From NCBI GenBank assembly GCA_963665665.1, contig OY762428.1, positions 4,448,001 to 4,512,000 on the forward strand: DNA of 64,000 nt, in the 5' to 3' direction. The DNA is from Candidatus Kapaibacterium sp. GTDB taxonomy: Bacteria > Bacteroidota > Ignavibacteria > Kapaibacteriales > UBA2268. Position numbers and translations under genes: made by a program. The notes below the pieces were generated by a model. It saw nothing but the letters and a program-made list of their open reading frames with translations. It had not been told where the DNA came from and made no database searches. This document shows, one piece after another, positions 1-9,962 of this stretch (its first letter is position 1; each line of letters opens with the position of its first letter).

Positions 1-230
1 TAATAATTGATCCCTGAAATTTGGTCTGAATTTCCCTTGTTTGAAACAAAATTACTCTTACCATTTATCCTATTCCCCTTGCCTTTTTCCCAAAAATTTG
101 CGATATTGGAAATTGAATGCTCGCGGGGGAGTATTCCGGCAATGGCAGAGCGAAGGGTAGAAAAAATTTAATCAAAGCGGCAGTCATAACTGACTGGTGT
201 TTTTCGTAGTTTGATACTTATGAGGCTGAT

Positions 231-335
231 ATGAATGTTCCGGATACAGTTATTAATCTTGTTGAAGAATTCGGCTGGCTCGCCTGTAAGCTCTACAACC
301 TGACCGAAGAAGAAATTAAGATTGTGGAGGGGTGA
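231..335 (+). pseudogene. Internally deleted type IIG (Eco57I-like) restriction-modification gene: N-terminus fused to C-terminus
   Basis: Manual translation MNVPDTVINLVEEF-GWLACKLYNLTEEEIKIVEG* behind a GAGG RBS; the C-terminal LYxLTEEEIKIVEG is the typical end of type IIG RM/N6-methylase proteins and the first 14 aa resemble their N-termini. Confidence 0.55.
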
Positions 336-344
336 GGGGTGGAA
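273..344 (+). repeat. ~72-bp direct repeat, copy 1 (RM 3' end)
   Basis: ggctggctcgcctgtaagctctacaa..tgaccgaagaagaaat..aagat.gtggagggg recurs at 3212-3283. Confidence 0.9.
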
Positions 345-382
345 ATGTTAAATTTGATTGAAAGAATAATTGAGTATATAAA

Positions 383-1423
383 ATGACAGATACATCTTTA
401 TCATTTTTAGACGGAAATACTGTTGAATTGCATTACTGGTTTGACGACAAATCTCATAGTATGGATGCGATTATCCATAATAGTTGTGAATCCAATGTGT
501 TGAAAATAATTAACGAGATAGCAAATACTTATAATGTTAAAATAACTATCGATACTGTAGCTTTAGCTAAAGGAGGTTTAATAAGTTGGCTTAAAATTAG
601 AAACGATTCAAATGATGCTGTTGAAAATTCAAATGATAATAAATATTCTACAATGAAAGTAGCTGTAGTAACTGCATTGATTGTATCTGTTTTAACCACT
701 CCAATATCTACATCAATATCGAAAGTTATTGAAAAAACAATTGATAATATATATGAAGATAGTATAAAGAAAGAATTGGAACACAAAAAACTTGAATTAG
801 AAGTTGAGAACCTTGAACTTCAAAAGGAAAAAATAATATTAGAATTACAAAGAGAAAAAGCAAACACAATTGAAAGAACTAAAACGATTGACACAAACAA
901 TAGAATAAAAAAACAGAAATCAAATTATTATGAGAAAATTGAATCTTATAAAAAAATTATAGAAATTTCATATTCCATTAAAAATGAGAATGAGAATTTA
1001 ATTATCGATAACAGAAATGTCCATAGAAATAATTTCAAGGATCATATTCTAATATCAGACGATTTAGAGCCAAAAATAATAGAAGAAGCCCAGATAGAGA
1101 TCATTTCTCCAGTACTTAAAAAAGGTAAATATAAATGGCGAGGATATTTTAATGGAGAATCAATATCTTTTAATATGAAATCAAAAGAATTTAAACAAGA
1201 AGTACAAAATGGGAATGTTAATTTCAAAAATGGTACAACAATTATATGTTTACTAATATTGAAAAAGAAAATTGATACAGAAGGGATTGAAAGAATTGAT
1301 GGTTATGATGTTATGAGAGTTGATTCATATTATGAAAATGATGAACCATTTGAAACTTTAGAAGGTAAGAAACATAAACAAATAATTGAGGCTAAAAAAA
1401 ATCAAGGAAAATTGTTTGATTAA
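383..1423 (+). CDS. Hypothetical protein (346 aa; one hydrophobic segment followed by a coiled coil)
   Basis: Long, very AT-rich ORF; no family recognised with confidence. Confidence 0.8.
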   Translation: MTDTSLSFLDGNTVELHYWFDDKSHSMDAIIHNSCESNVLKIINEIANTYNVKITIDTVALAKGGLISWLKIRNDSNDAVENSNDNKYSTMKVAVVTALIVSVLTTPISTSISKVIEKTIDNIYEDSIKKELEHKKLELEVENLELQKEKIILELQREKANTIERTKTIDTNNRIKKQKSNYYEKIESYKKIIEISYSIKNENENLIIDNRNVHRNNFKDHILISDDLEPKIIEEAQIEIISPVLKKGKYKWRGYFNGESISFNMKSKEFKQEVQNGNVNFKNGTTIICLLILKKKIDTEGIERIDGYDVMRVDSYYENDEPFETLEGKKHKQIIEAKKNQGKLFD

Positions 1424-1442
1424 TTTATTATTGGAGTTTAAC

Positions 1443-1895
1443 ATGAGTTTTAAAAATATTTTTCAAGATACAAGCAATCTTCGTGGAGGTACTTTCTTTG
1501 ATAAAGTGGAACTGGGAGATGATTATGTAATAATATATTATTATGCGAGTTATGACTCGTATAGGAAAGGGAAACCAGATTCCCAACTTGAATATTCTCA
1601 ATTTATTAATTACTGGTCAACCGGGAAATCTGTTGAAAAAATGATTGCAGAACCTGTAAGATTGATGAAGAATTATACCGATTTAAAATGTGTCACAATC
1701 ATCTTTGGAGATGATAAAGTAAAATATAAAATAAAAATTACAAAAGATGATTTTGAAAATCATACAGGTCTCGATATTTATGAACTTAAAGACGAACAAA
1801 AATGGATTGATTTTGTTGATAAATATATCTATTCGATAAACAACCTTCTCAGAACTTCTTTTTATAATAAGTTTGTTAAAATTTCTAAATTATAA
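1443..1895 (+). CDS. Hypothetical protein (150 aa)
   Basis: ORF 1386..1895; ATG at 1443 follows a GGAG RBS and avoids overlap with the upstream gene. Confidence 0.7.
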   Translation: MSFKNIFQDTSNLRGGTFFDKVELGDDYVIIYYYASYDSYRKGKPDSQLEYSQFINYWSTGKSVEKMIAEPVRLMKNYTDLKCVTIIFGDDKVKYKIKITKDDFENHTGLDIYELKDEQKWIDFVDKYIYSINNLLRTSFYNKFVKISKL

Positions 1896-1980
1896 CCACC
1901 ATAAAAAAAAACACTTACAACCAAACACATAAAGCAGGGGTAATTTCAAAAAAAGATTCGGTATCTAAAGGTAAAATATA

Positions 1981-3042
1981 ATGGCAGATAATAAAAATAT
2001 AAAAAAACAGGCAGAGAAAAGCGATATTGTCCGCTCATCGGCAGCAGAGTATCTGACGTTTATGGCCGCCGGTGGCCAGGGCGGCGTAGAGGCTCTTTAT
2101 GCTGACGAAAATATATGGCTAAGTCAGAAAATGATGGGGCTTCTCTACGATGTGAAAACCCACACCATTAATTATCATCTCAAAAAAGTGTTTGCCGACA
2201 GCGAGCTGGAAGAGGGTTCAGTTATTCGAAATTTTCGAATAACTGCCCCTGACGGGAAAAATTATAATGCTAAACATTATAATCTGTCTGCAATAATATC
2301 CGTTGGTTACAAAGTGAATTCGGAGCGGGCCGTGCAGTTCCGGAAGTGGGCTACTGCTATTATCAAAGAGTTTACCATCAAGGCTTACGTGATGGATGAT
2401 GAAAGGATAAAAAGCGGTGGTTCGGTACTAACGGATCAATACTTTGAAGAGCAGTTGGAACGCATAAGGGAAATTCGTCTTAGCGAACGCAAATTCTATC
2501 AAAAGATAACAGATATTTATGCTACTGCTATAGACTATGACCTGACAGCTAAATCCACGAAACGATTTTTTGCCACCGTCCAGAATAAGCTGCATTGGGC
2601 TATACACGGGCATACTGCCGCCGAAGTAATAGTTGATCGGGCAGACCATCAAAAGCAAAACATGGGCCTTACAACCTGGAAAGATGCACCCAAAGGCAAA
2701 ATTCAAAAATTTGATGTTGTAGTAGCAAAGAACTATTTAACCGAAAACGAAATGGCCCAGCTTACAAGATTGGTATCTGCCTATCTTGATATTGCAGAAG
2801 ATATGGCTCTGCGTAAGATACCCATGACCATGCAGGATTGGGAAATTCGATTAAACCGTTTTATTGAAGCAACAGACCGGGAAATTCTAATGGATGACGG
2901 AAAAGTTACTGCCGAAATAGCCAAAGCTCATGCAGAAAGTGAATTTGAAAAATATAGAATTATTCAGGACAGGTTATTTGAAAGTGATTTTGATAAACTT
3001 ATCAAGCAAATTGAATCTTCAAAAGGAAAGGGTAAACAGTAG
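1981..3042 (+). CDS. rhuM: Virulence RhuM family DNA-binding protein
   Basis: IVRSSAAEYLTF, IWLSQKMM, YNLSAIISVGYKVNS..AVQFRKWAT and IREIRLSERKFYQKITDIYAT motifs; family commonly found in RM loci. Confidence 0.9.
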   Translation: MADNKNIKKQAEKSDIVRSSAAEYLTFMAAGGQGGVEALYADENIWLSQKMMGLLYDVKTHTINYHLKKVFADSELEEGSVIRNFRITAPDGKNYNAKHYNLSAIISVGYKVNSERAVQFRKWATAIIKEFTIKAYVMDDERIKSGGSVLTDQYFEEQLERIREIRLSERKFYQKITDIYATAIDYDLTAKSTKRFFATVQNKLHWAIHGHTAAEVIVDRADHQKQNMGLTTWKDAPKGKIQKFDVVVAKNYLTENEMAQLTRLVSAYLDIAEDMALRKIPMTMQDWEIRLNRFIEATDREILMDDGKVTAEIAKAHAESEFEKYRIIQDRLFESDFDKLIKQIESSKGKGKQ

Positions 3043-3151
3043 TATATCTAAGTTCCTCTTTCAAATAAAATCTTTGAAGTAACTGTGGCGGAATTCAACA
3101 TAAGAAGTAAAATATTATGAGATAACAACCATGAACAACTGCTATTATCAG

Positions 3152-3274
3152 GCCTTTAGCCATGAAAAAAAAATACTGCAATAGCAGACAGCCATAACCG
3201 ACCGGCAGATAGGCTGGCTCGCCTGTAAGCTCTACAAGCTGACCGAAGAAGAAATAAAGATAGTGGAGGGGTAG
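3152..3274 (+). pseudogene. Remnant C-terminus of a type IIG RM enzyme (contains direct repeat copy 2)
   Basis: Translates AFSHEKKILQ*QTAITDRQIGWLACKLYKLTEEEIKIVEG* with an in-frame TAG at 3182. Confidence 0.7.
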
Positions 3275-3552
3275 AGGGTGGAAGTGAAATGAATCTAAGT
3301 ATAATATTATAAATATTCATCATCCCTGCCCCATCCCGCCAGGAACATTATATATTCCCCCGGGCTTTTAAAACAAACAAATTTGGGGAAATTTGCCCCC
3401 GGATGTAATTTTATTTCGGCGGTGCGGGCCATCCTCCTATAGGAATTCTGCTGAACAGGCTTTTGTTGATGTAAATGTATGACAATATTGGCTTTAATAC
3501 CGTTGGTGTGTTCTTTGGAAACAATTTTTTGTGCCGGAAACCCGCTGTTTTA

Positions 3553-3815
3553 TGCTTTCCGAGCGTTCCCCCGTGCTTTCCGAGCGTTCCCCCGTGCTTT
3601 CCGAGCGTTCCCCCGAGCTTCCCGAGCGTTCCCCCAAGCTTCCTGAGTGTTCCCCCGTGCTTCCCGAGCGTTCCCTCGTGCTTTCCGAGCGTTCCCCCGA
3701 GCTTTCCGAGCGTTCCCCCGAGCTTCCCGAGCGTTCCCCCAAGCTTCCCGAGCGTTCCCCCGTGCTTTCGTAGCGTTTCCTAGTGCCTTCCGAGCGTTCC
3801 CTCGTGCTTTCCGAG
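3553..3815. repeat. 21-bp tandem array, ~12.5 units, consensus TGCTTTCCGAGCGTTCCCCCG
   Basis: Units counted directly; low-complexity heptad ORFs appear in all frames. Confidence 0.95.
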
Positions 3816-4379
3816 ACACTTTTTCAGGTAAAATTTTACTCAGAAAAGACAGAGTTTCACTTTTTTGATATAGAATTTCGTTCTATTAGTCCGGTCGATC
3901 CATTTTATCAATTGCTGTTTTTATCCGAAAGTTCCGGTAATCGCTTTTGCCGGGTGATTGTTTTGTATATAAATATTGGGGTTTGCTATGCCCGGCATGG
4001 TTGATAATCCAAAGGCACATAATTTCACTCGGACGGGGGCGGAAATACCCCGTGCGCTTTGCTGCGACGGAATTATTGTTTCGGATTATCATTTTTTTGC
4101 TTGCTCCATTTTATTTCTGCCATTAATAAAAGTAATCATTTCTGAATAAGCACGTTTTACCACAGCAAGACAAGTTGCCGGAAACTTATAAGATTTCAAA
4201 TAACTGACAATTCGCCAACTTTTCATTTTAAAATAACAGATAATATAACCACATATTCATATTAAAATGAATTAATGGTTGAATTATATTAAAAATTGTT
4301 ATATATTTTAGGCAACCTTTGTGAAGGTTTTTTTCTTTGAAATACAAATAATCAGGTTTGAACTATCCCCGGGGTTAGT

Positions 4380-5834
4380 ATGGATTTTCCACTTTTCCAT
4401 CTTGATTTTATCGGTAACAGGATGCTGATTGCTGTCATTGCCGTTACCCACGTTCTAATTAATCACACTCTTGCTGTTGGCTTCCTGCCGCTGATAACCA
4501 TGCTGGAGTATTTCGGTTTCAAAAAGAAACAGATCGATCCGGAATATGGTGGCAAATGGGACGAGATGGCCCGAAAGATAATGTTTACGGGTTTTATAAT
4601 AACTACTTCGCTTGGTGCTATGACCGGCGTGGGCATCTGGCTTGCCGCCTCCCTGGTGAACCCGGCATCGATCGGAAGCCTTATCAGGGTTTTCTATATG
4701 GCATGGTTCACCGAATGGATAGTATTTGTGCTTGAAGTGGTTTTCATTATGATCTACTACCTGACATGGAAAAAATCCAACGAATCTCCCGCAAAAAAAC
4801 TAAGGCATATCAGGTTCGGAACGGCCCTCAGCATATTTTCCTGGCTGACGATGGCCATAATTGTTGCGATTCTCGGCTTTATGATGGATTCCGGAAGCTG
4901 GGGAGCCGATAAAACTTTCTTCAGCGGTTTTACCAACCCGCTATACCTGCCGCAATTGTATTTCCGCACACCGCTGGCAATGACCCTCGGAGGGGCTGTC
5001 GCTTTATTCCTGACTCTGTTCTACGTTAAAAAGGACAATGAGATAAGAAAAAAAGCCATTTCATATATTTCACTATGGATACTTGCCTGGACACCTGTTA
5101 CTGCTGCCGGGGCATTTGCATATTATGTAAAAATTCCGGATATGATGGTGGGCAACCTTCCCACGGCAGTTGGAACTATTCAATTCAGCCAGTGGTACGA
5201 TGATGTTCTTTGGATTATTATCGGAGCTGTTGTTTTGTCATTTATTATAGCTCTCTGGGGTTTCCTTCTGCCAAAAAGGCTTCCGAGGATAGCCGTTATA
5301 ATACCAATTTTTGCCCTGCTCACATTCCTTGGATATTTTGAAAGGATTAGAGAATTCATTCGCAAGCCCTATGTTATAGGCGAGTATATGTATGCCAATA
5401 CTTACCGGGCAGAGGAATATTCATTGTTCAAGGAAAAAGGAATACTGCCATATTCCACTTTCACTGCAAACGACGAAGTTCGGGAAGATAACAAAGTGGA
5501 TGCCGGAAAAGATGTTTTCATGCTTACATGCAGCCGTTGCCATACTATTACAGGAATTAACTCCGTAACAGATAAATTTACAAAGATGGCAGGAAAGAAG
5601 AAGCTTTCCGCCGATATGATAAAAGGCTATATCCCTGATATGCACAGGGTGTGGTACTTTATGCCGGAGTTCCCGGGTAATAATGCCGAACTGGAGGCGC
5701 TTACCACCTACATACTGGACGCGGCAAAGAACCCCGAAAGCCCGGGAGGTGCTCAGCACGGAATCGGGATATCTAAGAAAAACTCTATTAGCAATAATAA
5801 AATTGAAGAACTCAGTATGAAGGGAGGCAAATAA
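4380..5834 (+). CDS. Cytochrome bd oxidase subunit I-like membrane protein fused to a C-terminal monoheme cytochrome c
   Basis: Multi-TM N-terminus with AVTHVLINH, GAMTGVGIW, WFTEW and ERIREFIRKPYVI motifs; CSRCH heme-c motif and distal MPEF. Confidence 0.8.
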   Translation: MDFPLFHLDFIGNRMLIAVIAVTHVLINHTLAVGFLPLITMLEYFGFKKKQIDPEYGGKWDEMARKIMFTGFIITTSLGAMTGVGIWLAASLVNPASIGSLIRVFYMAWFTEWIVFVLEVVFIMIYYLTWKKSNESPAKKLRHIRFGTALSIFSWLTMAIIVAILGFMMDSGSWGADKTFFSGFTNPLYLPQLYFRTPLAMTLGGAVALFLTLFYVKKDNEIRKKAISYISLWILAWTPVTAAGAFAYYVKIPDMMVGNLPTAVGTIQFSQWYDDVLWIIIGAVVLSFIIALWGFLLPKRLPRIAVIIPIFALLTFLGYFERIREFIRKPYVIGEYMYANTYRAEEYSLFKEKGILPYSTFTANDEVREDNKVDAGKDVFMLTCSRCHTITGINSVTDKFTKMAGKKKLSADMIKGYIPDMHRVWYFMPEFPGNNAELEALTTYILDAAKNPESPGGAQHGIGISKKNSISNNKIEELSMKGGK

Positions 5835-7117
5835 TGGAAAACATGGCTAATATTCCCGTACCCTATGATATACCTCTCGATATGCCTTTGCCGGAATGGC
5901 TGCTCGTTGTTCTTCTGATAGTTTCATTCCTTCTGCACATTCTATTTGTGAACCTGATGCTCGGCGGTACATTCCTTACTTTCTGGTTTGAAAGAAAAGG
6001 CCGTGATAACAGCGATTATATCAGGCTGGCACAGGAAATAGGCAAAACCATTACAGTGAACAAATCTTTGGCAGTTGTGCTCGGGGTAGCGCCGCTGCTA
6101 TCAATTAATGCTCTATATACAGTATATTTCTATTCTGCAAACGCTCTGACCGGAATTTACTGGATTTCTCTGGTTCCGCTTGTTACGGTTATATTTTTGT
6201 TATTATACTGGCACAAGTACAGTTGGAAAAAATATGAGAACAGGAGAACATTCCATTTGTCGCTAATTGGAATTGCATCGGTCATGTTCCTTTTCGTTCC
6301 CCTGATTTTCCTGACCAATATCAACCTGATGCTCTTCCCCGAGCAGTGGGCAAACGTCAAGGGCTTCTGGGACGCGGCCTTTCTTTGGAACGTAATACCG
6401 CGCTACCTGCATTTCGTAACGGCTTCCTTTGCTGTAACGGGATTATTCCTTTTCGGATATTTTCGCAGGAAAAATTCCAATCTAAATGAAATTCTTGAAA
6501 ACAGCAGCCGCGAGGAAATACTTACAAAATTCTATAAAATTGCACTCCATGCCTCGCTGGCGCAGCTTGTATTCGGCCCGCTTGTATTCTTTACACTCCC
6601 CTGGGACGGAGTAACCTGGGGCCTTGCCCACACGATAATCACAGGAATAGCTTTTGCGCTGGCTGCAATGTTCTTTATGTGGAAGGATATCAGGACAAAA
6701 GTCCTTGACGGTGGAAAGCATTTCGGCAAAGTCGTAATAGCCCTTACTGTTACCGTAATGCTGATGGGTACCGGACGCCACGTATACAGGGCAACCGTGC
6801 TTGGCCCGCACAAGCAGGCAATGGCCGAGAAAACTGAGAATTATATACGGGAAGCTAAGCAGGCTGCCAGGAGAGCAGAAGCGCTATCGAATATTGAAAC
6901 TATGGAACTGAAAATTGATAAAGAACTCGACCGCTTCACAAGAAGGGCGCTGTATAAAATATACGAAGGCAATACAGCCATAAAGGATATTAAGTTCGAT
7001 CTGGCAAGGCAGCTTATTATATTCAAATATGAGAAAACAAAGATAAGCGGCAGCGATATAATTGGGCTTGTTAATAATAAGGAATTCAAGGTAAAAAGCG
7101 AATTAAGCCGAAATTGA
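5834..7117 (+). CDS. Partner membrane subunit of the bd-like/cytochrome c complex with a C-terminal HMA-like domain lacking Cys
   Basis: Start overlaps upstream stop; ~8 TM helices with LHILFVN, GVAPLL and PRYLHF motifs. Confidence 0.7.
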   Translation: MENMANIPVPYDIPLDMPLPEWLLVVLLIVSFLLHILFVNLMLGGTFLTFWFERKGRDNSDYIRLAQEIGKTITVNKSLAVVLGVAPLLSINALYTVYFYSANALTGIYWISLVPLVTVIFLLLYWHKYSWKKYENRRTFHLSLIGIASVMFLFVPLIFLTNINLMLFPEQWANVKGFWDAAFLWNVIPRYLHFVTASFAVTGLFLFGYFRRKNSNLNEILENSSREEILTKFYKIALHASLAQLVFGPLVFFTLPWDGVTWGLAHTIITGIAFALAAMFFMWKDIRTKVLDGGKHFGKVVIALTVTVMLMGTGRHVYRATVLGPHKQAMAEKTENYIREAKQAARRAEALSNIETMELKIDKELDRFTRRALYKIYEGNTAIKDIKFDLARQLIIFKYEKTKISGSDIIGLVNNKEFKVKSELSRN

Positions 7118-7156
7118 TTTGGCATAAATCCGAGGTTGCCTCAAAGGTGTGATTAG

Positions 7157-7335
7157 TTGTCATTCCCCGATAAATCGGGGCCAGCGTGGAAAAATTTTCC
7201 CCCTCCTTCCCAAGCCCTGCTTGGGAAGGTCAACACCATGAGAAAAGAATTTATTCCGCATCTAAGCAGGTGCTTAGACGCGAGGATGAGATTACAGATA
7301 CTAACCTTCCGAAGGTTTGACACCTTCGGAAGGTT
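7157..7335. repeat. Cluster of four REP-like hairpins between convergent genes
   Basis: ccccga-taaa-tcgggg; ccttcccaag-ccctg-cttgggaagg; tctaagca-gg-tgcttaga; aaccttccgaaggt-ttgac-accttcggaaggtt. Confidence 0.8.
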
Positions 7336-7362
7336 CTGAGAAAGGTATGTATTTCCCCCTGC

Positions 7363-9567
7363 CTATTTTTTCTGTTTCGGGTTGTTTCCTTTTGCCTGCT
7401 TGATTGACAGGTTTATCCTTTTTAGTTTTTCGTCCACGTTCAGTACAAGTACTTTAACTATCTGGCCCACGTTCAGGAATTTTGCAGGGTCTTTCACGAA
7501 TGTGTTGGCTATTTCGGAAATGTGCACGAGGCCGTCCTGGTGAACGCCAATATCCACGAAAGCGCCAAAATTTGTGATGTTGGTAACCACGCCTTCGAGT
7601 TCCATGCCTATCTTCAGGTCGGAGATAGCATTTATTCCCTCCATGAATTCCGCATATTTGAATTCGTCCCTCGGGTCGCGGCCGGGTTTTTCCAGTTCGG
7701 AAATAATATCAAGCAGCGTAGGCTCGCCGATTGTATCCGATATATAATTTTTAATATTGATCTTTTTCAGCAGTTCGGGCATTTTGGCAAGCTGCTCGGG
7801 TTTTACCTGAAGGTCGGTTGCGAAGTTCTCTACAATATGATAGCTCTCGGGATGTACAGCCGTGTTGTCCAGCATATTCTCGCCCTCGCGTATCCTCAGG
7901 AATCCGGCGGAAAGCTCGAAAGCCTTGGGCCCGAATTTAGGTACTTTCATCAGCTGTTTCCTGTTTTTGAAAGCGCCGTTCTCATCACGCCAAAGCACGA
8001 TATTCTTTGCAATAGTTTTGGACAGGCCCGAAACATGGATCAGCAATTCCTTGGATGCGGTATTCAGATCTACGCCAACGTAGTTCACGCAGCTTTCTAC
8101 AGTTTCTTCAAGCTTTTTCTTCAGCAGTTTCTGATCCACGTCATGCTGGTACTGCCCCACACCGATTGACTTCGGATCGATCTTTACGAGTTCCGCTAAT
8201 GGGTCCTGGAGCCTGCGGGCAATAGAAATTGCTCCCCTGATCGATACATCCAGATCGGGGAATTCCTCGTTTGCAGTTTTGCTGGCGGAGTAAACAGAGG
8301 CTCCTGCTTCGTTCACCAGCACTTTTACGGGTTTGGTTTTCATCTTTGCAATAATATCGGAAACGAATTTGTCTGTTTCCCTTCCGGCTGTACCGTTGCC
8401 GATACCGATAAGGCCGATATCATGCCTGATTATCATATCCTTAACAGTCTCTTCGGCATTCATTTTCTGATAATCAGAGCCGGTAGGATATATTGTTTCA
8501 TACTCGATAAATTTTCCTGTGCTGTCGATTATGGCAATTTTGCAGCCAGTTCTGAAGCCGGGGTCGATCCCCATTGTGGGCTTCATTCCGGCAGGAGCTG
8601 AAAGAAGCGCCTGGCGCAGGTTTTTCTCGAATACGTCAATCGATTCAAGGTCTGCGAATTCTTTCCTGTCGTTCCTTATCTCGCCGAGAATGGAATGTTT
8701 TATAAGCCGGGCGAAACAATCCTTGATAGCCGACCTAAAGAAATTAACAACTTCTTCCTGGCTTGCAAAACATTTTTTATATTCAATATATCCCAGCACT
8801 TCATCGATATCGAATTTTATATCAAACCCGAGAATATCTTCCTTTTCCCCACGCCTGAGTGCAAGCATATTGTGAGATACAATTCTCTTTACCGGGGCTT
8901 CGAACTCGCGGTACATTTCATATTTTGTTGATCCCTCGGGATGTTCGTCCTTTATCCATGAATAGACAACACCCTCGCGGAAAATATAATTTCTTATCCA
9001 TGCCCTGAGGTCGGCATCTTCGGAAATCTCCTCGGCAACAATATCCGAGGCGCCTTTTATAGCGTCTTCAGCAGTTTCCACGCCTTTTTCCTCTGATATA
9101 TATTTAGCGGCCTCGGCAATAAGGTCAATATATCCGGAATCGCCGCTATTGTGATCTTTGATAAATTCTGCCAGCGGTTCCAGCCCTTTTTCCCTCGCGA
9201 TAGTGGCCCTGGTTCTGCGTTTCGGTTTATATGGCAGGTAAAGGTCTTCCAGCTCGGTTTTTGAAAGGCAGTTCTCAATCTTGGCTTTCAGTTCGTCGGT
9301 AAGCTTACCCTGTTCTTCGATAGATTTCAGTATGGTTTGTTTCCTGTCCTCAAGTTCTTTCAGGTAGTCGGCCCTGTCGAAAAGGTCGCGAAGCTGATTT
9401 TCATCAAGCGTACCGGTTCTTTCCTTCCTGTACCTTGCAATAAAGGGAATGGTGCCGCCTTCGCTTCTTAGTTCAAGGGCATTGCTTACCTGCCACTCCT
9501 GCAGCGACAGTTCTTTGCTGATAATATTTATCATGTCTATCATATCATTCATCACTAATTTTAACAT
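7363..9567 (-). CDS. tex: Tex family RNA-binding transcriptional accessory protein
   Basis: GGTIPFIARYRKERTG, GIDPGFRTGCK, ARRLQDPLAELVKIDPKSIGVGQYQHDV and a C-terminal S1 domain; true start may be a few codons downstream. Confidence 0.95.
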   Translation of the reverse strand: MLKLVMNDMIDMINIISKELSLQEWQVSNALELRSEGGTIPFIARYRKERTGTLDENQLRDLFDRADYLKELEDRKQTILKSIEEQGKLTDELKAKIENCLSKTELEDLYLPYKPKRRTRATIAREKGLEPLAEFIKDHNSGDSGYIDLIAEAAKYISEEKGVETAEDAIKGASDIVAEEISEDADLRAWIRNYIFREGVVYSWIKDEHPEGSTKYEMYREFEAPVKRIVSHNMLALRRGEKEDILGFDIKFDIDEVLGYIEYKKCFASQEEVVNFFRSAIKDCFARLIKHSILGEIRNDRKEFADLESIDVFEKNLRQALLSAPAGMKPTMGIDPGFRTGCKIAIIDSTGKFIEYETIYPTGSDYQKMNAEETVKDMIIRHDIGLIGIGNGTAGRETDKFVSDIIAKMKTKPVKVLVNEAGASVYSASKTANEEFPDLDVSIRGAISIARRLQDPLAELVKIDPKSIGVGQYQHDVDQKLLKKKLEETVESCVNYVGVDLNTASKELLIHVSGLSKTIAKNIVLWRDENGAFKNRKQLMKVPKFGPKAFELSAGFLRIREGENMLDNTAVHPESYHIVENFATDLQVKPEQLAKMPELLKKINIKNYISDTIGEPTLLDIISELEKPGRDPRDEFKYAEFMEGINAISDLKIGMELEGVVTNITNFGAFVDIGVHQDGLVHISEIANTFVKDPAKFLNVGQIVKVLVLNVDEKLKRINLSIKQAKGNNPKQKK

Positions 9568-9962
9568 TCACAATTTCAAGAACACAAAAATATGAAAAAA
9601 AGCGGAAATCGGGGAGTGGGGATTATTAAAGATAAAATGGTGTCAATTTTTTCTATAGTCCGGATTAGTCATTGGAATTATTGTCTTTTTATAAGCTTAA
9701 GCCAATAATATTGATATTCAGAACGAAGCCAGTCAGCATTGCTGCGAACCTACGGCGAGAAGAATTTTACTTCTTTGAAAAATACCGAAGCAAAACTTCA
9801 GCGGATATTAACATTGCGAAGCGGGGGATTCGCAATGAGGATAATAATTTTGCCAGGGAATCATTCCTGCGAGCAATGGGGCTGTATTTATGGTGTTTCT
9901 ATTCATTTTTGTTTAAAATAATACCTGCCCCCGAAGGGCGGGGATTGTTTGAATTTAAATAC

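Noticed and set aside
273-3283. Diversity-generating retroelement template/variable repeat pair, or prophage att sites
   Set aside because: No reverse transcriptase or intact integrase nearby; differences are few and not clearly adenine-specific; repeat explained by an RM 3' end
3475-3868. Overlapping ORFs with heptad repeats (PSVPPCF, GERSES, ARGNARK)
   Set aside because: Open in all frames because the 21-bp unit lacks stops; no RBS or non-repeat domain seen
7522-8931. Antisense ORFs inside tex and other long genes
   Set aside because: Shadow frames of well-supported opposite-strand genes
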